In this document: one piece after another, positions 53,367-61,425 of the stretch
How the letters are laid out: each line of letters opens with the position of its first letter
How positions within the stretch are numbered: the first letter of the stretch is position 1
IMG/VR virus record: IMGVR_UViG_3300045988_166055
Location: 32,001 to 96,000 of that record
Source: a virus
Direction: 5' to 3' (one strand)
DNA length: 64,000 nt
Notes under the pieces: model-generated
The model's database searches: none
What the model was told of the DNA's origin: nothing
The model's input: the letters and a program-made list of their open reading frames with translations, nothing else
Program-made: the position numbers and the translations under genes

Positions 53367-54752
53367 ATGAAAGATACTAGAAAGAAGATTGTATCTGATA
53401 TAGAATCAGAAAAGCCCAAGAACCCTGTCATTGGAATATTTGAAGGTGAGTGTGCTGATTCAAACATAACAAATGAGAATGGACTAGATATAACTAGACC
53501 TGTATGGGAAAACATATTTAGTTCTGAATCGTATCAGCAAGCTATTGAACTTGGATGGTACATAGGATTCCTAGGACATCCCGATGATCCTGGATGTATG
53601 GACTTCCGAAATGCTTGTATTGTAATGACAGAAGGACATATAGATGATAACGGAAAAGTATATGGTAAATTTAATCTGATTGATACTCCTGTTGGTAGGA
53701 CAGTTAAAACATTCATAGACGCAGGTGTAACATTCGGAATTTCTGTAAGAGGCGCAGGGGACATTGTAAACAATTCTGTTGATCCTGATACATTTGTATT
53801 TAGAGGATTTGACCTTGTATCGTTTCCTGCGTTTCCTGAAAGCATCCCTACTTTTACATCGATTGCAGCTTCTAGCGATGTAGAGTCCCAGAAGAAGTAT
53901 AAAGCAATTTGTGCAGCAGTTAAAGAGAATCTACCTAACATTGATAGCTGCGAAGCTATTGATATTCTACAGTGTCAGTTTGCTGAACAGTCTGATGAAT
54001 ATAAAGCTTTAGAAGACAGAAAGAAAGAAATAAAAGGATGTAATTTAACTGACGATGATTTAAGTGAATGCGATGATGTAGACATTACAAAAGATAAAGT
54101 AGAGTCAATGACAAAACTTTATCTAGAACAGGTAGAAGCAAACAATCATCTGAAGAAAGAAAATCAAATTCTTTCAAGTAAATTAGCTTCAAACGAAATT
54201 GAAGCAAGACGAAAGATTTCTTCTATTAGTAGAATAACAGCAGATCAGATAAAATGTGCAACAGATGCAAAGGATGCTGCAGAGAAAAGATGCAAGCAAT
54301 TAGTTGCAGCGTCAATCAGAATGAAAGAGACGATTTCGCAAGAAAGATCAAACAACCTTAAATATCTACAGAAGATAAGCGAAAGCAAGAATATTGTTGA
54401 TTCTAAGGATTCTTTAATTTCTTCTCTAAAAACCAGACTCAATGAAACCGTCAATGCTTCTGCTAATGTAGAGAGAAGAACTTCAAACCTTGACGAACAG
54501 TTAAAGCGATCCAAGGCTGAAATAGTAGCTTGCAAAAAGATGCTTAAAGATTATCAGGATGCTTATGCAGAACTGTATTCGCAAGCAGTTGGAGCTGATC
54601 TTCAGAAGGTTAAAGTAACTGAATCAACAAGTGTAGCTTCACTTCGTTCTGCTATTACAAGCTCAATAAGTAGAAAACCATCCTCTATTAGAGAGCCTGA
54701 AGAAATTGATGTAGATGATTGTTACTTTGACGATGACATGGTAACTATTTAA
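53367..54752 (+). CDS. prohead protease (HK97/S78-like) fused to a coiled-coil scaffolding region
   Basis: GAGGT RBS before ATG 53367. 'IGFLGHPDD' (His) and 'GVTFGISVRGAG' (Ser) are spaced as in S78/U35 proteases. The C-terminal ~230 aa are heptad-rich. Located directly upstream of the capsid gene. Confidence 0.5.
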   Translation: MKDTRKKIVSDIESEKPKNPVIGIFEGECADSNITNENGLDITRPVWENIFSSESYQQAIELGWYIGFLGHPDDPGCMDFRNACIVMTEGHIDDNGKVYGKFNLIDTPVGRTVKTFIDAGVTFGISVRGAGDIVNNSVDPDTFVFRGFDLVSFPAFPESIPTFTSIAASSDVESQKKYKAICAAVKENLPNIDSCEAIDILQCQFAEQSDEYKALEDRKKEIKGCNLTDDDLSECDDVDITKDKVESMTKLYLEQVEANNHLKKENQILSSKLASNEIEARRKISSISRITADQIKCATDAKDAAEKRCKQLVAASIRMKETISQERSNNLKYLQKISESKNIVDSKDSLISSLKTRLNETVNASANVERRTSNLDEQLKRSKAEIVACKKMLKDYQDAYAELYSQAVGADLQKVKVTESTSVASLRSAITSSISRKPSSIREPEEIDVDDCYFDDDMVTI

Positions 54753-54783
54753 TTACAAATTTTATATAGGAGAGTGTTTCAAT

Positions 54784-56151
54784 ATGATCACTAAGCGTTC
54801 CACTGCTCCTGCCCGCAGACCTGTCACTGCCGGTCAGAGCATTACTTCTGGCGTTCGTAATCGTAACGCTTCCGCTATTAAGTCCTCAGTAAATCTTACT
54901 CCGTCACAGAGAATGTTCGCTAATCAGATCGCTCGTAACTGTAGAAAGCCTGGCGCTATCATGGCAGCTACAAATACATCAAACATCATGGCTCGTCCCG
55001 ACTTCCTGGACCTGCTGCCTGTGTTTGTTCAGAAGCTGATTGTAACTGACATCTTCGGTTCCGTTGCGATGCGTTCTCGTCAGCAGCTGGTTCCTTACTT
55101 CAAGTTCATTGCTGAGAACACTAAGGGAGAGACCAAGTCTGGTACCGTTATGTCTTCTCCGTTTGCTAACCGCCAGGGCGTTGATCCTAACTTTACTGGT
55201 CGGGTAGTAAAGAACGAAGAGGTTGACGGTCAGCTGATGTATACTCCTGTTCTGCCTGGCACTGTTACCATTAAGAGCGCTCAGGGAGTATTCGTTGATA
55301 AGGGTGACGGCAAGCTGTACAAAGCCGATACTCAGGAAGAATCAGGAACCATTGATTATGCTACCGGCGAGATTGGCACCCTGACAGGTGACATGACTGC
55401 TACCTACCAGTACGACAATGAGACTGTTGGTCCTGACACCAATGGCCAGTACGGTGCTAAGATGGGTAAGGGTTACCTGCAGCTTGATGAGTTCAATCTG
55501 GTCGCTGAGGCCAAGGAGCTCGCTTGCTACTGGAGTATCTATTCTGCATTTGCTGCTCAGCAAGAATATGGTTCCAACATCGCTGACATGGCCAAGGAGG
55601 CCGCTGTTGGTGAGATCACTGCTGAAATCAACACCTCTTGCCTGGATATGCTGATGCAAGCAGCTTCTTACAAGCCTGCTTTCAACTGGGATGCTTCTCC
55701 TGTTCTGTCTGGTGCAGTTGTTCCTTCTGATTACCTGAACATGTTCAAGCTGAAGCTGGGTCAGGCTGCTGCTTCTATCTACCAGCAGACTCGCATGACT
55801 CGCCCGAACCGTCTAGTGGTAGGTACTACCGCAGCTGAGTACATCGGCATGATCAACGGCTTCAAGGGTGACAACATCGATGACACTGTTGGTCCTTACA
55901 AGTTCGGTACTCTTGACCAGTTCGAGATATATGTCAATCCTTCTTACGATCCTGATTCTTGGGTCATGTGCTGCAAGAGTAACGACATTAGAAAGAACAC
56001 GGCTCTGTTCGGCGAGTATATGCCTATCACCAACACTGATGTGGTTGGTCTGGCTAACATGTCCGCGCAGCAAGGCTATGCCACAATGTACGCAAGCAAG
56101 GTCGTCAACCCTGCCACTTGCGTGAAGGGCAAGATCCTAGGCACTTTCTAA
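54784..56151 (+). CDS. major capsid protein
   Basis: 455 aa with a TAGGAGAG RBS, after the protease-scaffold. It has markedly GC-rich codon usage and is followed by the strongest terminator in the window. Confidence 0.7.
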   Translation: MITKRSTAPARRPVTAGQSITSGVRNRNASAIKSSVNLTPSQRMFANQIARNCRKPGAIMAATNTSNIMARPDFLDLLPVFVQKLIVTDIFGSVAMRSRQQLVPYFKFIAENTKGETKSGTVMSSPFANRQGVDPNFTGRVVKNEEVDGQLMYTPVLPGTVTIKSAQGVFVDKGDGKLYKADTQEESGTIDYATGEIGTLTGDMTATYQYDNETVGPDTNGQYGAKMGKGYLQLDEFNLVAEAKELACYWSIYSAFAAQQEYGSNIADMAKEAAVGEITAEINTSCLDMLMQAASYKPAFNWDASPVLSGAVVPSDYLNMFKLKLGQAAASIYQQTRMTRPNRLVVGTTAAEYIGMINGFKGDNIDDTVGPYKFGTLDQFEIYVNPSYDPDSWVMCCKSNDIRKNTALFGEYMPITNTDVVGLANMSAQQGYATMYASKVVNPATCVKGKILGTF

Positions 56152-56187
56152 TCCTTTTAAGGATACTAACTTCATCATTTATCACAG

Positions 56188-56218
56188 CCCGGTCTCGAAA
56201 GAGACCGGGTTTATTTTT
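56188..56218 (+). terminator. Rho-independent terminator after the capsid gene
   Basis: CCCGGTCTC-GAAA-GAGACCGGG (9-bp GC-rich stem with a GNRA loop) followed by TTTATTTTT. Confidence 0.9.
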
Positions 56219-56246
56219 GTATTATTCTATATCATTTCTTTTTCAG

Positions 56247-56255
56247 AATCGTTAT
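56247..56255 (+). promoter_or_regulatory. Motif A copy (AATCGTTAT)
   Basis: Exact 9-mer after the terminator and 23 nt upstream of ATG 56278. Confidence 0.4.
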
Positions 56256-56277
56256 TGTAATTAAGAGGTGATACTAT

Positions 56278-58092
56278 ATGGGTGGACACATAAAGGTGCC
56301 GGATAATGTGTTTAGAAAATGCGAAATTTGCGGAGATACATTTCATCCTAATACATATAGACAAAGAACATGTGGAAAGCCAAAGACAAAAACTTGTCCC
56401 GTTTGCGGAAAACAATTTGAATATTCATGCAAACCCGATTATATTAAAACCACTTGTTCAAGGAAATGCGCGGATATACTTGCTAAGAAAGTTAGAAACG
56501 ACAATTCGGAAAAGCTAACTAGAAAATGTGCATATTGTGGAAAAGAATTTACGCCTAAGACAAAAAAAGATATTTATTGTAGTGGCCCACACTACAAGAA
56601 TTGTGAAGTATGCGGAAAAGAATTCGAGTTTGATGTAAGAGGATATTCTAACATAAAGACTTGTTCTAAAGAATGTAGATATAAATTATCATCTAGAAAC
56701 AAAGACATTGAATCTATGATTCGGAATCATAAGAAAACAATGACTGAAAAGTACGGTGTTGATCAACCTATGCACATTCCTGGAGTAATAGAAAAGATCA
56801 AGGAAACAAATCGAGAAAGGTACGGATCAGATTGGTATACGCAAACTTCGGAATACAAGAAATCAGTTGAAGAAACTTCATTATCCAGATATGGAGTAAA
56901 ACATTTTCTTTCAAGCGAAGATGTTAAGAATAAAAGAAGAGATACATGTAAAGAAAAATATGGATTCAGCAACTATGCTTTTCTTATGGTTGATCACCCT
57001 GAAAAACTTGAAAAATGGATTGAATTCAGAAAAGACGGAAAGAAGTACATATCAGAGAACTATTCAGAAAAGCCTACTAGAAATCAGCTATCAGAAGATT
57101 TAGGAGTATCATATTCTACTATTTCTCAAGAAATACGACTGAAGGGCTTAGATGATTATGTAATGTGTAATGTATCTTACATGGAAGACGAAATAGTAGA
57201 CGAGCTGAGGAAACTGATTCCTGATGTTCAAATCATTCGAAGATGTAAGAATTTAATAACACCGTATGAATTAGATATTTATCTACCTGAATATGAAGTT
57301 GCAATAGAATGCAATCCAACTTATACGCATAATTCGTCTACAAGTAGTTTCACAAATAAACCAAAGCCTATTAGATACCATCAAATGAAAACAGAAATGT
57401 GCGAAAGAAAAGGTGTATTTCTTTTTCATGTATTTGGTTATGAATGGTACAGCAGAAAAGAAATCCTACTTAGTATGATAGGTAATCTTTTAAGATGTAA
57501 TAGAAATAGGGTATATGCTCGAAAATGCAAACTAATTGATGTTTCGTCTAATGAATCTAGATCATTCCTAGAATGTAATCATAGACAAGGAGAAGCGTCA
57601 GCATCAATTAAGCTAGGACTAACTTACAATGACGAGTTAGTTAGTTTGATGACATTTGGAAAGCTAAGAGGAACAATTGGCACAGATAAATCGGATACAT
57701 CTAATTGCTGGGAATTAGTACGGTTTTGTTCTAAGTTAGGCACAAATGTTGTTGGTGGCGCAAGCAAGCTATTCAAATACTTTGTTGATAATTACAATCC
57801 AGAAGAAATAAGATCATTTTCAGATAGGGCTCATACAAAGGGAAATTTGTACTATAAATTAGGATTCCATGAATTGCGAAGATCTGACCCCGGGTATGTT
57901 TGGGTTGAACTTGCTACAGATAATCCTGTTAATAGAGTAACTGTACAGAAATCAAATATAAAATCCTTTCTTCATGATGATTCAATTGACCTTTCTCTTA
58001 GTGAATCGGAAATAATGATTCAACACGGTTTCGTAAAGGTATTTGATTCAGGCACAATAACATGGCAGTTGAATAAACAAAAATCGTTATAA
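56278..58092 (+). CDS. multidomain homing-endonuclease-like protein (4 FCS-type zinc ribbons + YG(V) repeats + PD-(D/E)xK/Vsr-like core + C-terminal domain)
   Basis: Four 'CxxCGxxF...(T/Y)CS..C' units lie in aa 16-135. 'EKYGVDQP', 'RERYGSDWY', 'LSRYGVKHF' and 'KEKYGFSN' are repeats. 'PYELDIYLPEYEVAIECNPTYTHNS' resembles the Vsr/DUF559-type endonuclease core. The C-terminus is paralogous to 17922..18578(-). Confidence 0.6.
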   Translation: MGGHIKVPDNVFRKCEICGDTFHPNTYRQRTCGKPKTKTCPVCGKQFEYSCKPDYIKTTCSRKCADILAKKVRNDNSEKLTRKCAYCGKEFTPKTKKDIYCSGPHYKNCEVCGKEFEFDVRGYSNIKTCSKECRYKLSSRNKDIESMIRNHKKTMTEKYGVDQPMHIPGVIEKIKETNRERYGSDWYTQTSEYKKSVEETSLSRYGVKHFLSSEDVKNKRRDTCKEKYGFSNYAFLMVDHPEKLEKWIEFRKDGKKYISENYSEKPTRNQLSEDLGVSYSTISQEIRLKGLDDYVMCNVSYMEDEIVDELRKLIPDVQIIRRCKNLITPYELDIYLPEYEVAIECNPTYTHNSSTSSFTNKPKPIRYHQMKTEMCERKGVFLFHVFGYEWYSRKEILLSMIGNLLRCNRNRVYARKCKLIDVSSNESRSFLECNHRQGEASASIKLGLTYNDELVSLMTFGKLRGTIGTDKSDTSNCWELVRFCSKLGTNVVGGASKLFKYFVDNYNPEEIRSFSDRAHTKGNLYYKLGFHELRRSDPGYVWVELATDNPVNRVTVQKSNIKSFLHDDSIDLSLSESEIMIQHGFVKVFDSGTITWQLNKQKSL

Positions 58093-58104
58093 TAATTGTA
58101 GATA
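58082..58104 (+). promoter_or_regulatory. Motif A copy (AATCGTTAT-N6-TGTAGATA)
   Basis: Full bipartite motif containing TATAAT and overlapping the stop codon of the upstream gene. It lies 41 nt upstream of ATG 58145. Confidence 0.45.
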
Positions 58105-58144
58105 GAAATGACTTATCAAAATTTATCGAAAGGAACAAAGTTTT

Positions 58145-59032
58145 ATGACAAGAGAAGAACAACTTTCTACTATTAAGCAGCTTCGTGATCTTACAGCAGA
58201 TCTTGAATGGCAGCAGGATACACTTGATGAACTTGAATGGAGCAGCTACGATCCTCCTGTAAAGCCTGTTTTGAAAACATATACCAAGCCTGCATACCCT
58301 GAGCCAGAGTCTTCCATGAGGTTCAACTGGAAGGTTTTCAACTACTTTTGGGCTATTACAGCTCTTATTTTTCTTGGCATCTGTAAGCTGTTTGATACAC
58401 CTATTTTTCTGCTTCTTCACGTAGCTATTACCATTGGATACGTCATGAAGTATCGTGAAATGAAAAAGGCTGATGTTGAGAAAGTTAGAAACTCTGCTGA
58501 ATTCAAAGCTAAGTTGAAGCAAATTGATGATGACTACGACAGTCTGGTTTATGCAGCTAAAGCGAAATACGAAAAGGATATGGATGAATGGAAGAATGAT
58601 TTGATGCCTAGATACGAGATCGACAAGGTCAAGTACGAAGCAAAGAAACGTGAAGATATTGCTAACTGCAAAGCCGCTATCACTCATGACAAGCGAGAAA
58701 TTTCTCGTATTTATGGTGAGACTAAAATCCTTCCTACTGCTTACAGGTCTCTTCCTATTCTAGAATACATTGAAGAATTCATGGCTTCTTCTAACTTCGA
58801 TGTAAATCGAGCAATTGAGAACTACGACAGAGAACAGCAGAGATGCATTGATGAAAAGAGGTTCCAGCAGGAGGTTTATTACAATCAGCTTCAGGAGCAA
58901 ATGGTTGATGCTCAGGAAAGAGCAAACAGCATTGCAGATAGAGCTAGACGCGATGCTAACAGAGCAGATTTTGTTGCAGCTGTTCAGCGTCATAACACTA
59001 ATAAGCATTTGAAGAGGATGGCTGAGAAGTAA
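58145..59032 (+). CDS. membrane-anchored coiled-coil protein
   Basis: 295 aa. The hydrophobic stretch 'VFNYFWAITALIFLGICKLFDTPIFLLLHVAITIGYVM' is followed by a long charged helical region. Confidence 0.65.
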   Translation: MTREEQLSTIKQLRDLTADLEWQQDTLDELEWSSYDPPVKPVLKTYTKPAYPEPESSMRFNWKVFNYFWAITALIFLGICKLFDTPIFLLLHVAITIGYVMKYREMKKADVEKVRNSAEFKAKLKQIDDDYDSLVYAAKAKYEKDMDEWKNDLMPRYEIDKVKYEAKKREDIANCKAAITHDKREISRIYGETKILPTAYRSLPILEYIEEFMASSNFDVNRAIENYDREQQRCIDEKRFQQEVYYNQLQEQMVDAQERANSIADRARRDANRADFVAAVQRHNTNKHLKRMAEK

Positions 59033-59033
59033 T

Positions 59034-59426
59034 ATGAAGAGAGAGAAAGGTGTAAGACATTATTGGGAGATTACTCTTGGCACAGAGACATTTCAAGAAA
59101 AATACAAAGGTGGAGTTTTATGGTACTTGAAACACGATTTTAGGGTACCTCCTCTGCATCCTACACTTCATAACTCATCTTTGGAATCATGGCTGAATGA
59201 CATCAAAGATGGAAATGCAGAAAATGTACCAGATTGGCTTATAGAAAATGTCAAATTCGTAGAAAGTAAATCGTTCAAATGCGATGATTGTGGGAAGATT
59301 GTTTATGAACCAAATCAAGCAATCATCATTCCGGGATACACATTACATTTCTGCTCATATAAGTGTGCTTGCGATTATGGCTTAGGTTGTTACAGACTTT
59401 CTGTTCAAGATGCACTTGATCTTTGA
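59034..59426 (+). CDS. hypothetical protein with C-terminal FCS-type zinc ribbon
   Basis: Contains 'CDDCGKIVYEPNQAIIIPGYTLHFCSYKCA'. Confidence 0.6.
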   Translation: MKREKGVRHYWEITLGTETFQEKYKGGVLWYLKHDFRVPPLHPTLHNSSLESWLNDIKDGNAENVPDWLIENVKFVESKSFKCDDCGKIVYEPNQAIIIPGYTLHFCSYKCACDYGLGCYRLSVQDALDL

Positions 59427-59430
59427 TAAG

Positions 59431-59439
59431 AATCGTTAT
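59431..59439 (+). promoter_or_regulatory. Motif A copy (AATCGTTAT)
   Basis: Exact 9-mer, intergenic, 47 nt upstream of ATG 59486. Confidence 0.4.
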
Positions 59440-59485
59440 ATTAAGTATCTAACATATCAAAACTTGAATACTAGAGGCTACTAAC

Positions 59486-60052
59486 ATGACAATTGCTTAC
59501 TTTGAAGGAAAGAAATACACTACCTGCAAAGATTTAAGAAAAGCTGTATTTGAATGGTGTATTGAAAAAGACATTATTCTTCCTAGCGGATCCTCTATAG
59601 TAAATCTTTGGAAACACTGGAAGATAACAAACAAATATATAGATGTTTTGTCTAGAATTGATATTGTAGATGATAGAGGTGAATTTAGACCCGATAGAAT
59701 TAGATATGTCATTGATGACAAATTCTTTGACAACACAAGCTCGCTGTATCGATATATTGATTTCTATCACAGAAGAGACATTGAGCGTGTTCGAGAAGAG
59801 AACATCAATATGTATCTTTTCAATTCTAGATTTGATACAAGCAAAATGAATTTGAAGAACAAGGTTAAAGTAGTATTTCTTCCTAAAATTTATTGCCCTA
59901 AATGTCATAGAAAGATTTTCCTTGGTGAAAATGTATTTCACACAGATAAAATGTCTAACTATTGTTCGTATGACTGTTTACCTGAAGGTGAAAGATATAT
60001 TCAGAGAATATTAAGAATGGAGGATTTGCTCTATGCCCCAGCGGTCGTATGA
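59486..60052 (+). CDS. hypothetical protein with C-terminal FCS-type zinc ribbon
   Basis: Contains 'CPKCHRKIFLGENVFHTDKMSNYCSYDCL'. Confidence 0.6.
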   Translation: MTIAYFEGKKYTTCKDLRKAVFEWCIEKDIILPSGSSIVNLWKHWKITNKYIDVLSRIDIVDDRGEFRPDRIRYVIDDKFFDNTSSLYRYIDFYHRRDIERVREENINMYLFNSRFDTSKMNLKNKVKVVFLPKIYCPKCHRKIFLGENVFHTDKMSNYCSYDCLPEGERYIQRILRMEDLLYAPAVV

Positions 60053-60218
60053 ATATAAAGGTGTAACAATCTATCTTTATTACTATGGGTGTTTTCTTTT
60101 CTACGCTGAAAAGAATAAATATGGGCTAAAGCACGGACGGTGGAAATGGATTAGTTTTTGCAATACAGATGAAGCGGAACAATTCATAGACAAGCATATA
60201 GATACTTTCTGTTGGTGA
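60033..60218 (+). CDS. hypothetical protein
   Basis: 61-aa ORF with a GGAGGA RBS. Confidence 0.5.
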   Translation: MPQRSYEYKGVTIYLYYYGCFLFYAEKNKYGLKHGRWKWISFCNTDEAEQFIDKHIDTFCW

Positions 60219-60227
60219 ACCTTATAT
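60218..60227 (+). promoter_or_regulatory. Motif B variant (GAACCTTATAT)
   Basis: Intergenic. Shares GAACCTT-TAT with motif B. Located 95 nt upstream of ATG 60322. Confidence 0.3.
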
Positions 60228-60321
60228 TTTTATGTGATAGGCGGGAGATACTATATCTTTCGTTGTATGATGAAGTTAATAAAAAACAAAGATCACATAA
60301 ATCATTTTGGAGGTTATCTAA

Positions 60322-60726
60322 ATGAGTTACAAGATTACTATTAAGTTCACCAAGCCTGTTAAGGTTGAAGCATCTATTCCTACTTATCCAATTGCCCCTG
60401 AATTTGTTCTGGGTCAGTCTTATGTGGATGAGAAGGCTTTCCGTGACCAGGCAGGCGATACCGCTTATTCCAAGAACATTTGGGAGAAGGGTGAGTTCCT
60501 GATGGCTCAGGACCTGTCTGAGTTCCTAGGTGAAGTTTCTGTCCATCCTGGTGTTGTTCTTGCTTGCAAGTCCGCTATTCTGGCTGCTGAGGCTGCCGAA
60601 GCTTCTTCTGGTGAGAATGCTGGTTATGAGTTCATAACTGATGACTACAAAGACAAGATGCTGTACGAAGAGATCGGTCGTGCTCTTGCCGGTCAGGGAT
60701 TCGAGGTAACTGTCGACCCTACGTAA
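60322..60726 (+). CDS. small, probably abundant structural protein
   Basis: 134 aa with a GGAGGT RBS. GC-rich codon usage like the capsid and tube genes. Confidence 0.65.
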   Translation: MSYKITIKFTKPVKVEASIPTYPIAPEFVLGQSYVDEKAFRDQAGDTAYSKNIWEKGEFLMAQDLSEFLGEVSVHPGVVLACKSAILAAEAAEASSGENAGYEFITDDYKDKMLYEEIGRALAGQGFEVTVDPT

Positions 60727-61403
60727 AGGGTCAGGTTGATATTTCAGCTTCTGACGGAGAGGATGCTATCCAGAAAGCCATTTCAGCTAATCCGTCAGGA
60801 GCTTATATCAAGCTGGCCCAGAATGTCTACCAAGGTGGCATTCAGGCAGAAGCTGGATCAAACATCACTATTGATCTAAATGGACATGAGCTAAAATGCG
60901 TGCCTCCATTTGTCGGATCTGATAGTAGCTATTCAAACGGATTGAGATTCATGAAGGGTTCAAAAGTTCTAATTAAGAACGGAACTGTCAAAACATCTTC
61001 TCCGGAGTTAGCTATTCTTATTCAGAACTTCGCAGACGAGTTGATTCTAGATAATGTAACATTGTCTGGAAAGCTTTCTACTCAGTACATTCTATCAAAT
61101 AACTTCGGAAATGTTGTTATGAAGAATGGAACTACTGTAAAAGCATCTGGTGGTCATGTAGCATTTGATGCTCATTACGGCTTATCTCCTGAATATGACG
61201 ATGGTGTTACAGTAAATATTGCGGATGACACTGTTAAGATAATTGGACTTGTAGAATATACTAAGCAGGAAGGAAAGTCAGATGAAGATTTCCTATCAAG
61301 GACACATATCTACATACCTGTTGGATATGACCTTACTGCTCCAGAGGGATACAAGTTCCAGTTAACAGAAGATAAAACAAGACAAGAACTAGTTAAAGCG
61401 TGA
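60726..61403 (+). CDS. beta-helix-like ORF without its own start codon, in the -1 frame relative to 60322..60726
   Basis: The frame is open from 60645. Hand translation from 60720 gives YVKGQVDISASDGEDAIQKAISANPSGAYIKLAQNVYQGGIQAEAGSNITIDLNGHELKCVPPFVG..., continuous with track ORF 60900..61403. No ATG, GTG or TTG occurs in frame before 60900. Confidence 0.5.
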   Translation, partial: KGQVDISASDGEDAIQKAISANPSGAYIKLAQNVYQGGIQAEAGSNITIDLNGHELKCVPPFVGSDSSYSNGLRFMKGSKVLIKNGTVKTSSPELAILIQNFADELILDNVTLSGKLSTQYILSNNFGNVVMKNGTTVKASGGHVAFDAHYGLSPEYDDGVTVNIADDTVKIIGLVEYTKQEGKSDEDFLSRTHIYIPVGYDLTAPEGYKFQLTEDKTRQELVKA

Positions 61404-61425
61404 TAGAGAGGAGGCCTAGTAAGAT

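Noticed and set aside
57998-58687. 229-aa minus-strand ORF, the longest antisense ORF in the window
   Set aside because: It lies antisense to the 3' end of 56278..58092 and the 5' half of 58145..59032. Both of those have good RBSs and protein-like sequence. Its own translation is low-complexity (F/L/I/C/S-rich) with no RBS. This is typical of a shadow ORF in AT-rich DNA.
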